The position numbers were made by a program, and so were the translations under genes. From a virus, in IMG/VR virus record IMGVR_UViG_3300002334_000124, positions 20,765 through 84,764 of that record: 64,000 bases of DNA; one strand, given 5' to 3'. The notes under the pieces were generated by a model that saw only the letters and a list, made by a program, of their open reading frames with translations, did no database searches and was not told the DNA's origin. Shown here in pieces: positions 58,291 through 64,000 of this stretch (its first letter is position 1; every line of letters begins with the position of its first letter).

Positions 58291-59058
58291 CTATGCGGAG
58301 TCCACAGCGACCCACAGGTCTTTGAGTAGGTTCTTCTTGATGATCCTGAGACCATGATTGTTTACGTGTCCCGGTTTCCAATCTGGATGGGCCAGAGCAG
58401 CTGACGTTTTGGCGTCGTAGTAGTAGTCGCAGTATCTTTCGTTCTTCAACCTCACCATGTTTCCAGCGATGACATGCAGGATTATTCCTGCGTTCTGGTT
58501 GCCTAAAGCCTGAGCGGCTTCCTGTGTCATGCCCGTTTTCCGTCTTTCTTGGCTACCTACACCACAGTACTGCCAAAGCATGCTCACTGAACGGGGTACG
58601 GTTTTGCCTGACACGAGGATCTGTTCAGGCGTATCGTCCCGCTTCTTTTTTCCCGTGGGGTCGTCTTCATGCCACATCGGAGTCTTCCAGCATGGGTGAC
58701 CGATCGCGCCGAGCAAACGGCCGAACGACTTATCGTTCAGTCCACGTGTCTCTTCCATGAATCCGACGAAGACGGGCGGGAGTACTTTGATTTGCGTTCC
58801 AAGTAGCGTTACAAGTTTGGTTTCCTGGTCAAGCATCACCGCGGCGTACTCGAACACTTCAGGGGCTGCGCTCACATTGCGAACAATCAGCTTGTCTTCT
58901 TTACCTTCGCGGATCTTCCTGCTGATGTTTGCCTTGCCTTCGATCCCGAGTCTGTTGTCTAAGGAGATCCGGTACTTCATTGAGCTTTCAAGGAGCAAAG
59001 AGGTCATGGCGACCAGTTTGAAATCTCCGAGTACTTTCTTGGTTGGCTTCTTGGCCAT
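58291..59058 (-). CDS. tasA: Nop-domain/IS110-related RNA-binding protein without nuclease domain (TasA-like)
   Basis: RISLDNRL coiled coil, RGLNDKSFGRLLGAIG, SVSMLWQYCG, YYYDAK, HVNNHGLRIIKKNLLKDLW; no RuvC or HNH; flanked by dual-spacer arrays. Confidence 0.8.
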   Translation of the reverse strand: MAKKPTKKVLGDFKLVAMTSLLLESSMKYRISLDNRLGIEGKANISRKIREGKEDKLIVRNVSAAPEVFEYAAVMLDQETKLVTLLGTQIKVLPPVFVGFMEETRGLNDKSFGRLLGAIGHPCWKTPMWHEDDPTGKKKRDDTPEQILVSGKTVPRSVSMLWQYCGVGSQERRKTGMTQEAAQALGNQNAGIILHVIAGNMVRLKNERYCDYYYDAKTSAALAHPDWKPGHVNNHGLRIIKKNLLKDLWVAVDSA

Positions 59059-59101
59059 TGGGTTTCGCTTTCTATTTGGGTTTAGTTGGTGTTATTGAAC
59101 T

Positions 59102-59239
59102 TAGAGGGCTGGCGCAGCGGCTCTGGGTTTCGAAGCTGTAATGGCCAGCCCTCTAGAAATTAACCCCTGACTGCCAGTCAAGGGAAAGTGCGGGCTGGCG
59201 CCTATTCTGTGGGTTTCGAGCCATTCCTGGCCAGCCCGC
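59102..59239 (-). ncRNA. TIGR-like guide sub-array, 2 units
   Basis: Loop repeats at 59124 and 59210, 9-nt spacers, near-perfect enclosing stems. Confidence 0.88.
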
Positions 59240-59250
59240 TGAGATTGAAC

Positions 59251-59823
59251 TTAGGTGATGTCTGGGACTTCGTATTCGGGACGCTTCTTCAGCACCGCCC
59301 TCAATGACTTGACACCTTCGGCGTTCATGTCGTCGATGGCTTGCTGATGTCCGCTGATCGTCTTCTCGATACCGTTGACATCCTTTTGCAAGAACTTGAT
59401 GCGAGCCTCATGCTGTTCGGGGGTGGCGTCCAGATAGTTGGCACGATGAGCGTTACCTTCATCATCGATCCAGGGGAACTCGACATGAGATAGGTACGCC
59501 CACGGATTCCGCTGCTCTACGACTGTGCCTCCGCCTTTCTTTCCCTTCTTGCCTTTGGCTGCCCTCTGTTGGGTGTCGATGTCCTTGCGTTCCTCGAATA
59601 CAGCCGCGACTATAGGCTGGGTTACACTGTTCCTGACCATGGGGACCACAGCTCCAATGATGCTCGGGATGACAGAGTCTTCTGCCCCGTCGCTCCTGAT
59701 GGAGTTCCAGGCCATCAAACCGTGGTCGTAGTTGGAGAACGTTGGGTTGTTGATCAACGAATCTTTGATGTAGTCCCGATAGGACTTCGTCGCGACCTTG
59801 GTCTTCTTGGTTTTCACTGCCAT
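59251..59823 (-). CDS. Unknown protein embedded in the TIGR-like locus (190 aa)
   Basis: AAGGAAAG RBS before ATG 59823 (MAVKTKK); basic patches; C-terminal coiled coil. Confidence 0.75.
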   Translation of the reverse strand: MAVKTKKTKVATKSYRDYIKDSLINNPTFSNYDHGLMAWNSIRSDGAEDSVIPSIIGAVVPMVRNSVTQPIVAAVFEERKDIDTQQRAAKGKKGKKGGGTVVEQRNPWAYLSHVEFPWIDDEGNAHRANYLDATPEQHEARIKFLQKDVNGIEKTISGHQQAIDDMNAEGVKSLRAVLKKRPEYEVPDIT

Positions 59824-59854
59824 GTTTGCTTTCCTTGTAGTTGGTGGAGAAAGG

Positions 59855-59975
59855 TTGATCGGGCTGACGGGCGCTTGATGGGTTTCGCGTGCAGGATGGC
59901 CAGCCCGATCAAGGGTGTTTCCCTGGCTGGCGAAGCGTAATTGGGTTTCGTTCCGTTTCTGGACAGCCAAGGAAA
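59855..59975 (-). ncRNA. TIGR-like guide sub-array, 2 leader-proximal units
   Basis: Loop repeats at 59879 and 59942, 9-nt spacers, enclosing stems. Confidence 0.88.
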
Positions 59976-60014
59976 GAATGTTGACATCCCCTCGAATCTC
60001 GGGAGTCTAGAAAG

Positions 60015-60043
60015 AACTTAGCAGGTTTACGGGTCTGCGTCAA
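60015..60043 (-). promoter_or_regulatory. SigA-type promoter TTGACG-N17-TAAGTT (extended -10) upstream of the TIGR-like operon
   Basis: Direct reading; about 40 nt upstream of the first unit. Confidence 0.65.
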
Positions 60044-60432
60044 ATGTCGACGTCAACAATCTCCCAGTCCATTGCGTCAGCGAGGCCTCTCATGTGAGCT
60101 GTCCCTCGTCCACCGGGGCACGCCACGAGGATCGTCTTGTTAAACAAAGACTCAAACAACGAGGGATGTGATTCACAAGTGACAGCAGTAGCCAGCATCC
60201 CCATCCGCTTGTTCCTCTGAGGGCCAGCACTACGTCCTTCAGCGTCCCACAGTGCAGGCATCGTGACGAAAGGGATCCCCTTGTCTAAGGCGTACCGAGC
60301 ACCGATAGCATCGGCCCCTTTGGCCCCTCCGTTGATGATGAAGGTGGGTTGGACTTCGTCGAGTGTGGCATACAGGGCTTGCGTCCCATTGTAGTTGCGG
60401 CCACCACAAACTATGACGGTACGTTCAAACAT
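60040..60432 (-). CDS. SLOG-family (DUF2493/YspA-like) protein
   Basis: VCGGRNY, INGGAKGAD, AGPQRN, PGGRGT. Confidence 0.85.
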   Translation of the reverse strand: MFERTVIVCGGRNYNGTQALYATLDEVQPTFIINGGAKGADAIGARYALDKGIPFVTMPALWDAEGRSAGPQRNKRMGMLATAVTCESHPSLFESLFNKTILVACPGGRGTAHMRGLADAMDWEIVDVDI

Positions 60433-60802
60433 AGCTCTTCTTCGTTAGGGTTCGTCTACGCTTCTTTGGTATCTCCAGAATGGGGTTCGGTCGTTTACCT
60501 CCAGTGATGTGAAGCTCGGGGGGTGTGACGTGAGCTTCGAGTTTGACCCACTTCTGATCGCAGAACACTCCTACGAATATGATCCTCGTGATCTTGCGGT
60601 CTGGCTTCTTTTCGTCTTTGAGCCAGCGACGGAGAGAATTCCATCGTACGTATCGCCAGACCTTATGACCGCGTTGGCCTTCTTCCATCGATTCGAGCAG
60701 CAACTGGAACAGACGTTCCTCGAATTTCTTTTCGTCTTCAAAGTACTCGATCTCGCTTGATGAAGAGCCGTTTCTCGACCATGCATAATGGATCTTCCAC
60801 AT
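60425..60802 (-). CDS. Hypothetical protein
   Basis: ORF in operon, overlapping neighbour. Confidence 0.55.
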   Translation of the reverse strand: MWKIHYAWSRNGSSSSEIEYFEDEKKFEERLFQLLLESMEEGQRGHKVWRYVRWNSLRRWLKDEKKPDRKITRIIFVGVFCDQKWVKLEAHVTPPELHITGGKRPNPILEIPKKRRRTLTKKSYV

Positions 60803-60804
60803 GG

Positions 60805-61365
60805 CTATTTACGTCCTGCCCACGAACCATCATCGTTATATCCACACAGTTCGGTGAACTTGTCTATGAAGGCGAAGTAGACCGCCTTGTGGGTAGGGGC
60901 TTCTCTGAGGTGGTTGTCACGAAACATGACTTTCTCCCACGCACAGATGGCGTTGTCGGCTTCCTTGATGATGACGTCGTCGAACGGGATGGAGAGGTTG
61001 AACTTCTTCATGATGACCTCTTCGATCCGTGCTTCAATGTCAAGGAACGACTGCATCTCAGGTGCATGCTTGAGTGGTCGCACCATGTCACCGATGTAAG
61101 CTTCGGCAGCGTCATGCAGTAAAGCAGACAGTGACCATTCACGTATCTGCCGTTCGTCTGCCCCACCTCGGATCGACTTGTGTTCGACGTGTTTCGACAC
61201 GTACAGGCTGTGCTCGCCCACCGAGTAGAACACCTGAAGGTGCCCGTTGTAACGACACTGCATCGCTAACGAATGAGCGATGTCTTTGATGTCGATGTCG
61301 TCGACTACAACGTTGATCGGGTCGACCATCCTGCCCGAGAGGACTCGGATTTCATTACCTGTCAT
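60805..61365 (-). CDS. HD-domain 5'-deoxynucleotidase (YfdR/YfbR-like)
   Basis: DIAHSLA..CRYNGH...YSVGEHS...ALLHDAAEAYIGD. Confidence 0.88.
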   Translation of the reverse strand: MTGNEIRVLSGRMVDPINVVVDDIDIKDIAHSLAMQCRYNGHLQVFYSVGEHSLYVSKHVEHKSIRGGADERQIREWSLSALLHDAAEAYIGDMVRPLKHAPEMQSFLDIEARIEEVIMKKFNLSIPFDDVIIKEADNAICAWEKVMFRDNHLREAPTHKAVYFAFIDKFTELCGYNDDGSWAGRK

Positions 61366-61820
61366 ACCTTTCCTTTCGGTTGCCATTTTTCGCAGTCTTT
61401 GGGTCTGTGAACACGAACAAGTTTGAATCGTTCGCACTCCATGGCACAGTGGGCGGTCTCTGAATCCCAGGTTCCAACTAGATCATCACCGGCTAGGAAT
61501 TTACACGTTGAACATGTCGCTGTCCGCGGATCCTTGTGACACCCGTCGGTGATGTGGTAGAAGCATGCACTTCGCTTAGCCCAGGTTTTACGACAGAATG
61601 GGCAACGATATCGAACGGCGTCGTATTCGATCACGTCATCCATTGCGTTCTCGATCTGGAAAGGAGGTATCGGATCTGCAACTTCGAGAACGTTGCCTAG
61701 TCGGCCTAAGGTTACGGTTGTTGAGGGTGAGTTGGTCAAAGTCGTCAACGTGTTGGTCGAAGTTTTCAAAGTCGCAGAGAAGTTGACAGTAATGTCTTCA
61801 GATTTAGCCATGTCAACCAC
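61362..61820 (-). CDS. Cys-rich Zn-finger protein (true start possibly about 61643)
   Basis: YRCPFC...H....CH.DP....CSTC. Confidence 0.5.
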   Translation of the reverse strand: MVDMAKSEDITVNFSATLKTSTNTLTTLTNSPSTTVTLGRLGNVLEVADPIPPFQIENAMDDVIEYDAVRYRCPFCRKTWAKRSACFYHITDGCHKDPRTATCSTCKFLAGDDLVGTWDSETAHCAMECERFKLVRVHRPKDCEKWQPKGKV

Positions 61821-61930
61821 TCGTTGACATGACGGTCAGCTCGTGCAGGCAGTACATACACCTGAGAAGAACAGTGTGGACTGCTTCGCCCTCTGCTGTG
61901 CAACCAGGAGTTGTGCAAATACGACCTACT

Positions 61931-62230
61931 TCAGGCATCGCGGCCCTCCACTAAGATCGACAGGTCGATGCCTGGCTCGTGCCGATTCGTGGTGACACAT
62001 TCGTAGTCCTTCAACAGGGTCGATAGCTGCAGGGTGATGGTCTTGGGTTGACGCCTACCCTCAGTCTGGTATCGACGTCTGTACTTCTTGCGAGGAGGCT
62101 CATCCAAGTAGAAGGATCTCAGCTTGACTTCTTTGTTCTCGCATACATCTAGAATGCGTAAGCGACGAAACCTATCACCTTTACCTTTCTTGAACTTCCA
62201 AACGGTGTTCCCGATTACCTCTTCAGCCAT
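61931..62230 (-). CDS. Hypothetical basic protein
   Basis: ORF in operon. Confidence 0.5.
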   Translation of the reverse strand: MAEEVIGNTVWKFKKGKGDRFRRLRILDVCENKEVKLRSFYLDEPPRKKYRRRYQTEGRRQPKTITLQLSTLLKDYECVTTNRHEPGIDLSILVEGRDA

Positions 62231-62400
62231 CTGCTGAGCCTTCCTATCGCCCTCTTCACGAAGTCAACAAGGGGTTGCAACGCCTCTTGTCTCAATTCTT
62301 GTCTCAGTTCGCGTGCATATGAGGCAGAACAACGGATGCAACGCTTCCTGTGCTCCTCATCGTCGTAGTCCCCGAAGCCTTGACCACAGGCTGTCATCAT
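62215..62400 (-). CDS. Small hypothetical protein
   Basis: ATGA-coupled; C...H...CIRC. Confidence 0.45.
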   Translation of the reverse strand: MMTACGQGFGDYDDEEHRKRCIRCSASYARELRQELRQEALQPLVDFVKRAIGRLSRWLKR

Positions 62401-63029
62401 GCTCCATCCTCATGCTTATTGGTGTCCGTAGGGACTTTCCACATGGCCTTCGCGGCTTCGGTCAGGTTGCCGTCGTTGTCTGCGTACAGATCGTATCTGC
62501 CTACGGTCTGAATCAACTGTGACGGGTAGGCATCATTGATGTCGAGGCTTACGTCCGCGATTCGTGTACATTCGTCTGTCCACATCTCGTAAAATGCTTC
62601 TGCCTTTTTACGGGGAGAGCTGGATCGCATCTCACTCTGTTGTGTCGAGTCTATCGGAAAGTTAGATTTCCAGCTCAGAATAAACTCGGGATGGATTTCA
62701 CCCATCTGTTCTCCGAACATTCCGGATCGCAACCACGAAGAGACAACAGCTTCTTGATCACGGTAGACATGAATGATTTTCAGTTTGTGATTGTCCTTCT
62801 TGATCAAATCTAGCCACGGCACAGCCATAAAAGAAACCTCACCGTCAACGCCATCCCAGTCAATGGTGAAGTCACCGACCTGGTGGACGGGGCCTTCAGC
62901 CGACAGGGTCTTGAAGGTGAAGAGTTTCTGGTGTGTGACGTTTAACCCGGCTGCACTTAGAACTTGCTGACAGTACGTGGTCCCACATCTACCTGTCCCA
63001 ACAATCAGGAACTTATCCATCGCGTTCAA
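62397..63029 (-). CDS. Sulfotransferase-like P-loop protein
   Basis: IVGTGRCGTT (5'-PSB-like) and IIHVYRDQEAVVSS (3'-PB-like). Confidence 0.7.
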   Translation of the reverse strand: MNAMDKFLIVGTGRCGTTYCQQVLSAAGLNVTHQKLFTFKTLSAEGPVHQVGDFTIDWDGVDGEVSFMAVPWLDLIKKDNHKLKIIHVYRDQEAVVSSWLRSGMFGEQMGEIHPEFILSWKSNFPIDSTQQSEMRSSSPRKKAEAFYEMWTDECTRIADVSLDINDAYPSQLIQTVGRYDLYADNDGNLTEAAKAMWKVPTDTNKHEDGA

Positions 63030-63267
63030 TCCTGCGTGCTATCTGTTCGGTCCGTTCCTCACTGTGGACCACTTCAAACCATTCGCCTGTGTTCTGACTG
63101 ACAACGAACCATTCTTCTCCGGCGTAACGGAATGCAATCTCGAACTCATATTGATCTGCGTGGCTTGATGCGTTGATCTCACCAAGGTCCTCTTCTAGTT
63201 TGTTGGCTGCTTTGAGGGCTGCCACCATAATTTCGGCTATGGCTGTGTCTATGTAGAAATACTTCAT
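63013..63267 (-). CDS. Hypothetical protein
   Basis: Coupled ORF. Confidence 0.5.
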   Translation of the reverse strand: MKYFYIDTAIAEIMVAALKAANKLEEDLGEINASSHADQYEFEIAFRYAGEEWFVVSQNTGEWFEVVHSEERTEQIARRIERDG

Positions 63268-63983
63268 CGAATTAGGTCTTCTAGTTCAAGTATCACGTAG
63301 CTCTCTTCTATAGAAGCGAATGAATGATGACTCTCAGGATCGCACGAAAGACCGATACAGTCAAGTTCTTCGTCGTTCCCTTCCAAGTCTCTGTATTCCA
63401 TTGAGTAGTCGAGACGGGTGTGGTAGTGGCCGTGGATCAATAGCTTGGGTTTAGTTGCCCGCACTACTTCGAGGAGTTGACGCCTACATCTGCGAGACTC
63501 GTCCTCTAACGTCTTGTTCAGCGTCAAGTTGGTGAGTCTGCCGAGAGGAGCCCCGCTGGGTACGTCGTGAGAGACAAGCACGTCTATGCCGTCGAACCAA
63601 CATGCAGCACTCTTCGCGTCTGCTATCTCGGCGTCGGTGATCATTTCTTCGGGCCACCAACACATGTTGCCTTGTCTGTTCATGCGTTGTCGGTAGGAGA
63701 TGTCGACCGAGAAAGCCCCACCCATGAACTGCATGGTTACACCATCGGTGACATCAACGGCGTTAAATGGGTATCCACGCACAGAACCGCGATGCTGGTA
63801 TTGAATCACAGGTTTCATGTCTCGCGTCACCGACGGCTTCCCTGCGTAATGAGACTTGCTGCGTATCACTGACGCGCCACCGGCATTGTGGTACTTAGAC
63901 CAGAGTAGCGGATGGTTGTCGTGGTTACCGTCAATGAATCGGAGAGCACAAGGAAGGATGTTGGCAAGGACATCTAGATATGC
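63264..63983 (-). CDS. Calcineurin-like metallophosphoesterase (5' partial)
   Basis: In-frame upstream FIDGNHDNHP, plus GGAFSVD, SHDVP and HGHYH. Confidence 0.85.
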   Translation of the reverse strand, partial: AYLDVLANILPCALRFIDGNHDNHPLLWSKYHNAGGASVIRSKSHYAGKPSVTRDMKPVIQYQHRGSVRGYPFNAVDVTDGVTMQFMGGAFSVDISYRQRMNRQGNMCWWPEEMITDAEIADAKSAACWFDGIDVLVSHDVPSGAPLGRLTNLTLNKTLEDESRRCRRQLLEVVRATKPKLLIHGHYHTRLDYSMEYRDLEGNDEELDCIGLSCDPESHHSFASIEESYVILELEDLIR

Positions 63984-64000
63984 AGATCGGAAGAGCGTCG
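63984..64000 (+). other. Illumina adapter remnant
   Basis: AGATCGGAAGAGCGTCG matches the TruSeq adapter read-through sequence. Confidence 0.95.

Noticed and set aside
57752-58357. ORFs 57752-58123(-), 57945-58166(+), 58163-58357(+) and the N-terminal extension 59824-59970
   Set aside because: They run through the structured array, lack an RBS, and are best explained as chance frames.
58291-59058. IS110 transposase / insertion sequence
   Set aside because: It lacks the N-terminal DEDD RuvC domain, is only 255 aa, and is flanked by multi-unit arrays rather than IS ends.
57755-59975. CRISPR array interpretation of the repeats
   Set aside because: Conserved parts are only 4-9 nt with two 9-nt variable segments per unit. 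There are no 23-47 nt direct repeats and no adjacent cas genes.
57755-59975. Run of terminators, tRNAs or REP/attC elements
   Set aside because: Fixed 9-9-9 internal geometry with a conserved loop; no cloverleaf, no consistent U-tract, no integron integrase.
1-64000. tRNA genes, integrase/att site, self-targets of the guides
   Set aside because: None recognised by eye. An exhaustive search (tRNAscan-SE, 18-mer target scan) could not be run, so absence is not established.

Overview
The window is most of a tailed dsDNA phage genome with siphovirus-type gene order. The host is probably actinobacterial, an inference from leaderless-type promoters and DnaE character. The + strand arm (1-50.4 kb) carries a partial terminase, portal, protease, scaffold, capsid, a 1658-aa repeat fibre, connector genes, tail tube, a frameshifted tail chaperone, tape measure and tail-tip genes. 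It continues with recombination/replication genes (Cas4-like nuclease, Sak4-like ATPase, SSB, primase-helicase), nucleotide-processing genes, two endolysins and a separate fibre/lectin cassette. The - strand arm (50.5-64 kb) carries a dnaE gene broken in two by a LAGLIDADG endonuclease and seven tandem Zn-finger paralogues. The standout feature is an RNA-guided-type locus at 57.7-60.0 kb. It has 12 hairpin-enclosed ~36-nt units (GGCCA-N9-CGAAACCCA-N9-CGCC) in three sub-arrays around a nuclease-less Nop/IS110-like protein (TIGR-TasA architecture) and an unknown partner gene. Other notable signals are a coupled small ORF with an in-frame TGA in a U-x-x-C motif, a recurrent sigma28-like putative late promoter, and an Illumina adapter at the contig end. 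All calls come from reading motifs by eye; no database searches were run.
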